Shown here piece after piece: positions 50,446 through 61,520 of a stretch of 64,000 nucleotides of DNA (position 1 is its first letter; each line of letters begins with the position of its first letter). This DNA is from Ginglymostoma cirratum (taxonomy: Eukaryota), in the NCBI GenBank assembly GCA_024137785.1, contig JAHRHZ010000116.1, forward strand, positions 485,421 to 549,420, in the 5' to 3' direction. Position numbers and translations under genes: made by a program. Below the pieces are notes generated by a model. That model was not told the origin of the DNA. It saw nothing but the letters and a program-made list of their open reading frames with translations, and did not search any database.

Positions 50446-51830
50446 AATTTGATTTGATTTGATTTGATTTGATCTATTATTGTCAAATACAATGAGATGA
50501 GGTGAAAAGTACTGTTTTGCCTTCTTAACCAGGCAACTCATACCTTGCATAAGTATGTCAGGGTAATTCAGTGTTACAGAATATCGTGTGACAGCTGGAG
50601 AAAAGTTGCAGAGAAAGATCAGCTTTAAGACATGAGAAGTCCATTCATACGAGTGAAAACAGTGGGTAAGAAGCCGATCTTGAAACTGTTGGTACATACT
50701 TTCAAACTTCTGTATCTTCTGGCCGATTTAAGAGTTTGTAACCAGGGTGCGAAGGCTCTTCGAATAGGTTAGCTACTTTCCATAGGCAATAAGAACGTAC
50801 TAGAAGTCAATGGAAGTAAGACTGGTTTCGATAATGCACTGGCCTGCTTCACAACTCTCTGTAAATTTTGGAAGCAGTGGGCAGAGCAGTTGCCACACAA
50901 ATATTTAATGCATCTGGATATGGTGTTTTCCATGCCATATGTGTGAAAAAATTATAACAATTGTTGTGTACATGTTGAATTGCCTTCGACTTCTGAAGAA
51001 GTAGACGCAATGGTGTGATTTCTTGGCTGTTACTTCGATATAGATGTACCAGGATAGATTGTGGTGTAATTTACTCAAAGAAAATTAAAGCTCTCGGCCA
51101 CTTCCAACTCACTACCACTACGGTGGTGTAATCAGTAAATTTGTAAATAGATTTACAACTGAATTTGGTCAAACAGCCTGAGTCTATAAGGAGTATAGTG
51201 CAGAGATGACTACGCAGCCTTGTAGGGTTCTAATGTTGAGGATTATTGTGGAGGAGGTGTTGTCACTCTTCATTGCTGAGTGTGGTCTGTGAGTGGGGAA
51301 GTTCAGGAAGCATCCGCAGGGGGTATAGCAGACTCCTAGGTTTTTGAGTGGAATTATGTAACTGAAGATGGAGATAAAGTCCTAATAAATACGAGTCTGA
51401 GCCAGGTGTCCTTACAATCCAGATGTTCCAGGGACTATTTTAGGTCCAGGAGATGATGACTGCCATGGCACTAACGTGACAATAGATTAACTGTACGAGA
51501 TCAAAGCAATCTGGGAGGCAGGCTTTAATGAGTGCCATTCATAACTTATCAACGAACTTCAGAAGGATGGACATAAGTGTCACTGGACCATAGCTGTTAA
51601 GACATGATGTTGGGAATTTCTTTAGCATCAGATTATTGTGGCCTACTTTAAGCAGATGACAATTTCACAAAATTGTAAGGAGTGATTAAATATGTGTGCA
51701 AATATTCCAGCCAGCTGGTGAACGCAGGATTTGAGTGCACGGGAGGGGATTCAAGTCAGGCTATTTAGCTTCTGTGTATTAACTTCAAAGAGGCCTGATC
51801 TGACTGACGTTTGCGGCGTAGTCTGTGGAT
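50446..51830 (-). mobile_element. Decayed non-CR1 LINE (Rex1/Babar- or L2-like)
   Basis: (GATTT)n tail at 50446-50475. The minus strand has a TN.FK..F.PTV-like C-terminus and RT-like remnants. Confidence 0.6.
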
Positions 51831-52344
51831 TAAGGTCCTCTCAAGACTGACCAGGCACGCGACCTTCTGTACAAAATTAATGGATTGAGGTCATCGGGGA
51901 GGGGTGTATTTTCAGTGATTCTACTCGAATTCGCTTTGCAACCCGATCGATCGTACAAGCCTTGATCCAGTCGATGTTTGTTCGTGTGGTTAGTCTGGGA
52001 CAGTTGTGATAACACAAGTCCCACCGTTTATTAATGCAGGTCTCAGGTTTCAGTGTTCCTTCACTCCATAGTGAGGAATTGTTCAATGAAATATTGTTCT
52101 GGGTTATAAGAAAACCCTATGATTCCATGTATGTTATTATTAAAGATTGTCTTCTTCATTGCTCCTGTATTTTGCCACTTTTTTTACAGGTTATTAAGAC
52201 AAAGCAAAATGGAAAATATGTACCTATTGCTTTGTTCCAAGTGCAAGGTCAATAAAAAATGACAAGATCAGTCTGAGTAATCAATAAGGGAAATAAACTG
52301 GACATCTCTATCAATGTTCAATAAACGGTTTTTAGAAGAAAGAA

Positions 52345-53915
52345 CAAATAATAATGCAACACAGGGGCAGGACCTTCTATTCTGCAAGGCTCCATAGACA
52401 CATGCTGCCCTTCCATACAAACACTGTCTTGCCTTTGAAGTTCCGTATCCCTCTATTCCTTCGCTATTGATGTATTCCTCCAGATGCTTCTTGAATGTTA
52501 CTATTGTGTCTGCGTTCACCAGCTCCTCTGGCCGTATGTTGCAGGCACTTACGATCTTTGTTCGAAAATCTTGACTGGCACACCTCCCCCAAATCCAGCA
52601 CATTGAACCTGTAGTTCAAAGAAATTGAAGCCTCTACGCTGGGAAGAAGCCTCATAATTTCCAATCTATCCATGCCATTCATAAACTTATAATCTTTCTC
52701 CAGGTCACAGCTCAACCTTCTGCGCTCCACTAAAAGCTACCCCAGTATATCCAAGAGAGATAGAAAGAACTGCCGATGCTGGAGTCAGAGATAATACAGT
52801 GTGAAGTTGGAGAAACACTGCAGGCGAAACAGTACCAGAGGAGCAGAAAAGCTGACATTTTGGGTCGGGAGCCTTCTTCCAAAAATCTGTCTATCCAACG
52901 TTCCTTCACAGCAAAAAATCCCCTATAACAGGTAACATCCTGTTAAACGTCTTCTGTGACCTCTCCAAATTTCTTCTGATAGTGTGGTGACATCAGAACT
53001 GTAAGCAATTTTCCAAATGCGGCCTAGCTGGTATGTTATAAAATGCAGAATAACCTGCCTGTCAGTATAATCAATGACCCTTTCAATGAAGGTAAGTGTG
53101 CCCCAAGTCTTTTTTACTAAATTATCTAACTGCATTGCCACCTTCCGTGAACTGTGGTACTGCCGACCCAGATCTCTCCGCATATCAGCACTACAAAGGG
53201 TTCTATCATTCACTGAATGATTTCAACACCTCACATGTGACGGAATAAACTCCATCTGCCATTTTCTGCGCATGATTCCAACAGTTCTTTATCCTGCTTT
53301 ATCATCTGACAATTCACCTCACTACCTGCAACTTCAATAATATTCGTATCATGTGCAAACTTAATAATTAGACCAGCCTCGTTAAGCTCCAAAATGTTTA
53401 TGCAGACTACGAACAGCAAAGATCTCAGCTCTTATCCCTGTGGAACACACGCTTGTAACAAGTCTTTACTCTGCAAAGCATCCCTCCATCGCTATCTTTT
53501 GTCTCCTATGACTAAGCTAGTTCCGGATCCATCTTGACAGCTCACCCCTGATATCACGTGAATTCAACTTTTGTGCCAGTCTCCCACAAGGGACCCTGTT
53601 AAAATCTCCACTGAAGTCCATGTACAGTACGTTAAACGCTTTCCTATTCATCATCTTTGTCAAATCCTCGAAAGACTTGATCGAGTCAGTGATCAATTGG
53701 CTTCCTCTGCACAAAAACAAGCTGTCTACTGCTAATAGGTCCATTTGCTTCTAAATCCGCATAGCTTTCGGATCTTAGAATCTTTTCCAATAATTTCACT
53801 ACCAATCACGCTGGTTTTACAGATCTGTAATTTCCTGGATTATACATGATACTGCTCTGAAACAATGAGACAACATTGCTTATTATCCAATCCTCTGCGG
53901 CCTCACCTGTGGTCT
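52345..53915 (-). mobile_element. Decayed CR1 LINE with a nested Penelope terminal repeat (about 52755-52885)
   Basis: ORFs containing LYMDFS.DFNRVP.GRL, KFAHDT, RRDLG and ERRRL..DL. Confidence 0.85.
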
Positions 53916-54576
53916 GATGTTCTATATTTTTAACTGAATCTTTTTGATAATTTGAAAATCAAACTATTTCTCCGGTCATTCGGGATCTGACTATCTATAT
54001 TTATTGACATTTCTCTCTAAGCAGCGGTGTTCGACGTTAGTATCTCAGTTTCCTTGGAAACAGTGCATTGTAACAAGCTAGGATCCTTTGCTGTGGTTAA
54101 GGGATACCTGAGGAGTAATATAATAGTGATATTTAAACTGATGAAGAATATCGATACTCTGTTATGAGAAGATGCTACTACGTTGAGGATTTCAAAAATG
54201 TGTATCATAAAGACAAGACGAGGGAACAAATCGAATAGAATTCAGAAGAATCATCTTTCCGTTTTAGAGTATTGAACTCACCACCAAAACGAAACGTAAA
54301 GTCACATACATCGATGTAAAAGCAAGCCTGAAGATCCGTTGAGACAACAAAGGAATGAGATGTATAGATTTTAGAAAAAAAAAACACAACGAGGGAAGAT
54401 TTTCATGTGATTTGTCAGCACCTAATATAGACCACACAAAATTAATTCGATTTCTTATGCTGGAATTTCTATTCATTTTCAATATGAACAAAATTATTTC
54501 ATATTTCGATGATCAGTTACGCTCAGTTCAATATCTAATTGATTATTTACGCTTTATTTAACCCTACATTCCACAA

Positions 54577-54855
54577 ATAAGCAATTGAAACTGTATTACT
54601 AAGCTGGGTTGTTTTCTCACACAGCCAGAAGGAAAAGATGCGACTTTAATTTGTGCCTACATTGGTGATCGCAATTATTTATTCTGGTACCGAGTTCGCA
54701 TTCCAGTGTTACGTGAGTGGTGGCGAATAATTGAAGGCAGGTTTTGCTCGGAAATGGTTTTATGATACAGTCCAGCAGTCAAACAGGATGTACTTGTTCA
54801 CCATCTCTGATCTATAGCTCAGTGACACCGCTGCTTGTTTCTGAGCAACGAAGCT
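54577..54855 (+). pseudogene. TCR V pseudogene
   Basis: LTQPEGKDATLICAYIGDRNYLFWYR, then after a frameshift KAGFARKWFYDTVQQSNRMYLFTISDL*LSDTAACF*ATK. Confidence 0.85.
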
Positions 54856-54894
54856 CAAGATGGTAAGAACGACCGAAAGCCTCGTGCAATAACT
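54856..54894 (+). other. Damaged 23-RSS
   Basis: CAAGATG, 23-bp spacer, GCAATAACT. Confidence 0.65.
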
Positions 54895-56869
54895 GCTGCA
54901 GGTTTCTGGGTCACAGCTGCTTCATGTGAAGGGCTGTTTATAAAAGGATCTCAGAAAATTACACTTCAACACATTACTGCGTGCAGAGACCTGGTCACTG
55001 TGCTCCTAAACATAAATGAAACCTTTCATACCCAATACTGTTTCGAATTATTGCATTCCCTGTGTGAGGACAGAACGACCTGCTGCTTCTTTGGAGAGCT
55101 CTGGGAATCTCCCATTCATATTTAGAGATATAAATGAGGTGGTGTAAAACTACTTTCATCCATGCACAGTTGTTGTGTAAAGAGCTTTTGTCAGAGGAAC
55201 AGATAATATTGCTTTGAGGTATCATTGTGCAATGAAAATTTTGTATATTAGTATTGAGAAAAGACATTGAAATGTGGAATTTCACGCAAAAAGTTTGGCG
55301 AGGTGAGGAAAATCTACAAGAACTGTAATATCCTAATTCAGCTCCTTCCAATGCTAAAGACACCCTATATTTGATAAATGAAGAGTTCAAACTATAATGA
55401 ATTCCTGATGCAGTGTTTTGCGTATTGGAATAAAAACTGTCGTTCAATGATTAATGGAGGAAGAAACTACAAGGATGATGTCATGTTTCCAAGGCACCGA
55501 GGAAAACGGTCTGAAAAACAAAATAATACAAAAGATGAATTGAAAATAAAACAGACGTTAGCTACAAGTATCAGAAGTATTTTGTGAAGATTGTATTTAT
55601 AAGATAAGTTTCAATTTAAAAGTAAAGTTTTCTTTGCTTGCATGATTAACATCGCAATTATCTGCTGAGTCCAACTTCGTTAATTGTTGGAGCCAATATT
55701 TTGTTTGGAAATTTCTGTTGCAACATCTCTAATATATAAACGTACATAAAGTAACTAATCAACATTCTGGGGTATGCTCTTATGTATTCCACGTAAAGGA
55801 ATCAGAAGAAGCCTCATTAAGGCTGTATCAGTTGTTCTTATTCTGAATTCAGTGTACTCTAGTCAATAAAGTTAAAATATCTATGCTGTTCTGCAGCCTA
55901 TCCCTTATCTTGTTCAACTTGTCCATTGCAGCAGTTTGCTGAAATTTGTTGATTAAATCTACCCCTCTTCATAATTTGCTAAAAGATACAGAATAAAAAT
56001 CTGCACCTCAGGCCAACTGCATAGAGAACATATTTGCATTTTAACGATGAGATTGTAAATGTCGGGTCTTTAGCACAAACGAATTGAATGTGAAACAGCA
56101 CTAGTCAAAATGGTGACTTTTTTTTGGTCACAAATTTTTCAAGAGATAAATGCAACAACAGTTATGTTGCCCGATATAAAGCAAAGAAAATAAATTAAAT
56201 TATTTTGCAATTTGCAACTTTATCAAAGCAATTGGTTTCTGAGCATTAGAATTTGCGCCATTATGACCTGCAATGAAATAGGGAAATAAACATACTTAAA
56301 ATTATTATTTTGTTATATTCAACGTTACCAAGGAAAGCTAGTGTGTTTCAAAAAGGGAGAGCGTACAAATAAAGTGAAGGACACTTGACCAATATTGTTT
56401 GTCAATGAAAGTTGCTTCAATTTGCTAAGTTACCAGTCAAGAGTACTGAAGGACTGAGAAATGAGTTAATCCCCGCGGGCAAAATATTAGCAGAACAGAT
56501 GACGGATTTGAACAGGTCGAGTTGGAGCTGAACTGATTCAGTTCGGAGTTGGTAGGATGCTGAGTCATATCCTATCCCGCTGTCAATGGGTTCATTCATG
56601 TTAGTGTCACCAGGTAGATCGAATCAACTTGCACCTCCATTGTACATCAACCGATGTCAGCAGAGATTTGGAAATAAGAACAAATCGAATAGATACTGGA
56701 GGAGGGCTCTTGGCCCTTCGAACTTGTGTGGTCATTCAATTCCATCAGAAACTATCCCTTCATATTCAGCAAACGGTTTTAACCAAAACTTCAAATTTCC
56801 ATTTCAAATTAACAAGTCTATCAAGACCGGTTCAAGGTTTTTCAGAAGATTTGTAGTTCAGGCTGTGGA

Positions 56870-57050
56870 AGACGTTGTAGACTTATTCACTGATCCGGTG
56901 TGTTTGGTTGCAGATGTTTTGTCACCAGGCTAGTTAACATCATCAGTGTGCCTTTGTTTCACCGGAGGTGCACTGATGATGTTACCTGACAATGTGACAA
57001 AATGTCTGCAATCAAAAACATCGGCTTGGCGAGCAAGACCACAAGCTTAT
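56870..57050. mobile_element. Short foldback Penelope terminal-repeat element with two decayed hammerheads
   Basis: Inverted arms, each reading cactgatgatgtta...tgacaaaa (GAAA changed to AAAA). Related to the ends of the 8.3-9.6 kb element. Confidence 0.75.
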
Positions 57051-57414
57051 CAACACCAGTTTTAAATGAAATCACTGAATGAACGATATCCCCTCGTAGT
57101 TATGCAAAAAAAATGACAAAGAGCTAGACTTTCGAAGCAATTTTGCTCATTACGTGGGTCAATCTCTGATTTGGTGGAAGTATAAATGGTAGTCACTGGT
57201 GGAGCGGTATGCATTCCAGAGTCTACTGTGAAAAAAACTAATCTGTTCAGTGTAAGTAAAAAGTGATTACACAAAAATAAAATAATATATCATGGAATGA
57301 ACGCTACAGAAGTTAACAATTCGGCAACATCATTTTAATTTTTTTTATTGTACTAATGTCTCACCATTCAGCTCAGAGAGCTGATCAAGGAATCGAAGGT
57401 TAGAGTAGCTGGCT

Positions 57415-57453
57415 GGTTATTGTACAGGGTGAGTGCGCCCCTGCATCAATGTG
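57415..57453 (-). other. 23-RSS of the intact V at 57.5 kb
   Basis: CACATTG, 23-bp spacer, ACAATAACC. Confidence 0.92.
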
Positions 57454-57883
57454 GAGTTCAGCGCGCAGAGATAGATGGCAGAGTCAGAGAAACGAGCCCT
57501 TGCGATATATAGTGGAATTGTTTTCTTGTCTGTGTCCAAGTTTGCACTAAAGCGGTTGGAAAACTCTGAAGATGTCTCCTCTTGCGCCTTGCCATATCTC
57601 TTCAGTATATATTTTGGAGATTTGCCAGGATACTGGATATACCAGAAGAGAGTTTCTCCAGTGTACTCTGCTGTATAACTGCAGTTCAATATTGCCGTCT
57701 CTCCGTCACGAATCCACAATTTGCTAGGGTGTTGTGAAATTGAATCTTGGCCACTCGTTCCTGCAAAAAGAATACATCGAATGTGTCAGTCAGTATCGTT
57801 TATGAAGCACACAATGATGATTTCATTTCAGACTTACCAGACAGCAAGACTATTATTATTAGCGGAGAATACAATAAACTCAT
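57454..57883 (-). CDS. TRAV: Apparently functional TCR alpha/delta V segment (family B); leader 57838-57883, V exon 57454-57760
   Basis: Leader MSLLYSPLIIIVLLS-G/gtaagt and acceptor ttgcag. GTSGQDSISQHPSKLWIRDGETAILNCSYTAEYTGETLFWYIQYPGKSPKYILKRYGKAQEETSSEFSNRFSANLDTDKKTIPLYIARARFSDSAIYLCALN. Same 307-nt exon length as the 12.4-kb paralog. Confidence 0.95.
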
Positions 57884-57973
57884 GATATCTGGATCGACAG
57901 CAAATAGTGCGTATTTTTTCTGTTATGTAGATTCTTCTCATCTGATACCAGCTACTGATATTCACTCAGGGAG

Positions 57974-57981
57974 TGGCATCA
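57974..57981 (-). promoter_or_regulatory. CRE-like promoter element TGATGCCA
   Basis: About 90 bp upstream of the ATG, positionally matching TGACGCCA of the paralog. Confidence 0.5.
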
Positions 57982-58604
57982 CACATTGGGAAACTCAGCA
58001 GGATTTCTCGTGTTGTGATTTGTTCCTTTCTGAGATTCGACATCAGCTCTAACCCAATCACAATTAACTGAAGGGTCAAGGCAACTAATTATATCCAATC
58101 GCATCCTTTGTTGTTTTTGCACCTTTTTTATTCCCTTCATCTACCTCCCATTTTAAGGCATTGTGTGTCTCTTTCTCGGTTTAACAATTTTTGTCTCGGT
58201 GTTTGTTTTGAAGTTCAATGGCTCGATTTTCAGATAAGTGAATGTTTCTCCATATTTCAGGGAAAATAAGAATAAATTAAATGTAATGTCATATTCGGAT
58301 ATTAACCAATGTGTCTGCTACTCAAATGATTTTAACTGTATACTGCCCAGCAAAGAAACGATACATAGTGACTTGATTGAGAAAAGAATTACGGCTGAAC
58401 ACAATCATCTTGTGCTGTTAGCTTTCTATCATTACTCAGTCACGATGCATACTCGAAAAAACGTTTGAGCCCGACGGCCCTTGGGCTTGCAATGACATTA
58501 TACCACCTTGGAAATGTATTTCTCCGTAGATAGGCCCCAAATCCAGAAATCATATCGGAAAATGTTTATTTTCTTCTCACTGAGACACCTTCAAATGATC
58601 GTAA

Positions 58605-59050
58605 AGAATAATGGCAGGAATGGGCCTTTCAACCCTTCGACCTCTCTTCTTCGCTTAAGTAGGCCGTGGCTGATCTAACTGCGACCTCAATTCCATTTTT
58701 CTGACGCTCTCCGCCACCTTTTTCTCCCGTGCAGTGGTAAACCGTGACGAATTATCACTTGGAATATATTCAACAGAGAACTCCCACTGGTATCTTTGGA
58801 GTATCTTCCATAGACGAATAACAATCTCATTATACTCCCAAGATCTACTTCATCACATCTCCATCTGTAACGGAAGACTGGTAGATTTTAGACTCGTCTC
58901 CGAAATTCCAAATTCCGAGTTGAGTGAAAACATCCTCTCAACCTCCTTTCCTGCAAGGCCACTCAGGGTATTTTATATTTCATACCAATCAACGTTTATT
59001 CTTTCGTCACGAAGACCTGGAAATATCTGAAAATGATCCTTGATTAAAAT
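58605..59050 (-). mobile_element. Decayed CR1 3' end
   Basis: Resembles 47500-47920. Confidence 0.5.
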
Positions 59051-59244
59051 GATCAACAAATCTTATATTTCCAACACCGTCGAGCCTTGGCTACAATAAG
59101 GGGAATCAGATAATGCTCGATAGTAACATTCCTTCTCTGTCCATATTCTCTGGTAAGTTGTCGCTGATCTTTACCTGATAACTGTTCTTGATTATCGAAC
59201 TGGAGCAGATTTCTTTGAAATCCTAAACACCCTCATTTCCCCAA

Positions 59245-59553
59245 GGTCTCAGTGCTCAGGAATACACGGTACCGTCTATCAGTCTCACGTAATTCGTGAA
59301 CAGATGGAAAATGATTCTTTCTGTACTGAGATTGCTGCTAAGCTTTTCAAACCTAAGAGGTGCATTGTCATATGAAAACCAAATGGATACAAGCATATAT
59401 TCCAGATGTCTGTGCAGATCCTGGAAGTACAAGAATAGTTTATTGTTGTAACTGAAATTGTAACAGAGTGCTTGTATGATATTATTGAAGCTTTGCCCTT
59501 TTCTACTTCGATTCCCTGTAGTGATTGAGGTACTGAGTTTCTACTGTTCTTCT
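59245..59553 (-). pseudogene. TCR V pseudogene
   Basis: Acceptor ttttcag, then KNSRNSVPQSLQGIEVEKGKASIISY, and after a frameshift KLFLYFQDLHRHLEYML...LSSNLSTERIIFHLFTNYVRLIDGTVYS*ALR. RSS lost. Confidence 0.8.
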
Positions 59554-60449
59554 CTGAAAATAAACCATGGAAACACAGTCGATGAGAGGGACGAACAGAA
59601 AAAGACAATCAGTTGGACATGGAATGGGAACCAACATGAAGAACTCTAATTTTCGTTTGGAGATTTAATGGAACAGATGTTACCAGGAAAACACTTAAAA
59701 TCAGGTGAATTTCATCCCGAGGTTTCCTGACTGAAATCCAGAGACCAAGAGAGCAGTCACCATCTGTGCCAGACCTAGGAATGGAAGTGGGTCAGACAAC
59801 CCAGGGATGTTATCCGATCATATATAGTGATTCTCTGCACCTACCAAAATTTACTTCTTTAAAGAATCACTTACTGTAGAACTGGTGGGGATGTTTCGTG
59901 AAAGATCAGAGCGTGAAGGACAGTTAACCAACAAATGAGCTCAGAGGAGCTTTTTTTTTTCAAATTGATTTTCTTTGCACATTTGGTCAGAAAGAATTAG
60001 ATGCAAAAGACATCTACCATCTATAGCATTGGGATTCTACGAAATTATTAGTTTCAAGCAAGCGTATTTATGATTCACTATTTCTCGGCTGTACAGTGTG
60101 AGAAAACAGGAAAAGCATAATATTCCGACAACAAACTCTCAAATTCACCACTGCCAGCGAAAGTCGGCGACTGCAGTTTCGAACAGAAGTTCAAAGCTCA
60201 TATCTGGAACAGAGGTTCCTCGAGCCGAGGCCAGATGATTCAATGCACTGCGCATAGGCTCAGAACAACGGAGTGAAATTATATCTCGCTCGTTAAAACT
60301 CCAAGCAACATATACACAATTTCTGATTGACACAATTGGAAATGAAGGGACGTGATCTTCCTAAATGTATTCCAATAGAAATACCTCGATCTTATTGAAA
60401 AGCTGACTGTTGTGAATCTGATTATGATGGAATTGGTTGCAGTGATTTT

Positions 60450-60775
60450 TTTCAATTATTCGATCTTGGCATGTAGGCATCATGACCTGTACCAGAATTC
60501 ATTATCCATGTCGACTTGCATACAGGGCAATTTATAATCAACAATATTGCTGTAGACTGACATTTCCTTCCCTAAACGTCCTTAATAAACCATGTGAGTT
60601 TTTACAACAATTGACAGCAGTTTCGTGATCACTATTTGACAGTATTCAAGCTTATTGTGTTGACTTCAACATGCACCATCTTCCATAGTTGACCCATGAA
60701 CCCATGATCCCACAACGTCGCTTCGGGTCTCTATGTTAAAACTGTATCAAAAATACAAAATAGGCCATTGCCTAC
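60450..60775 (-). mobile_element. Second SINE family, decayed
   Basis: Collinear with 17430-17780 (atttccttccctaaa...taggccattgcct). Confidence 0.6.
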
Positions 60776-61239
60776 TCTGAATTGTTTCGCATTATTTTCC
60801 CATTAGGTTTATATTCCAACTAAGAGCATTTCAATCTGAAATTGAGTAAGAATTGATGAGTTAAATGAATGCTTGGGAAAAGGCTTTGTTGAGAAGCTGA
60901 AGCTGGGAATTACATTACCCATACCTGAGTAGAAACCATCTCTACTTTGGGATTTGAGTAGGAAATTAATGCTCAGTCCCATAATCTGAACGTGTCTTGC
61001 GGCTCATGGTCCTTTTTTCCGCGCATTATCTGACTGGCTGGTGTTCGTCTTCCCTCAGCGAATGGACTTCGTTTCCAAATGCTTCCACCAGCAAATGCCT
61101 GGACCTCTGGCACTTTAAATCTTTTGAGGTTCTAATGCATGTAAGATCTCTTACTATGTATATGTAAAAATTCGATAGTTTCTCATCAGAACCTACTCCA
61201 AAATATTAATTTTACCCAAATCTTATTCGTAATAATTCA

Positions 61240-61520
61240 GAGACCCTTGCAACATTATTCAAATTCAGCCACGGGAGATGGTGCAATTTGAATTAAACAA
61301 AAGATAAATCTAGAATTGGGTCAAATAATGTTCATGAAGTTATTGTGGATCATCGTAAAAAAACAAAATTGGTCACTCATGTTCTTTAGCAAAGAAAGCT
61401 GTCGGCCTTACCTGGTCTGCCTACACGTGCCTCCAGAGGCACAGCAAGATCGTTCACTTTTAATTACCCTCTGCGCAATTAGGAATTGACAATAAATGCT
61501 GGTCTAGCCAGCTAAGCACA
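61240..61520 (+). mobile_element. Second SINE family, decayed
   Basis: ccttacctggtctg.cctaca.gtg.ctccaga..cacagcaa...gcaattagg...aataaatgctgg. Confidence 0.7.

Noticed and set aside
60120-60340. V-like fragments on either strand (CSFEQKFKAHIW; ERDIISLRCS)
   Set aside because: The two readings conflict and neither has an FR3 end or an RSS.
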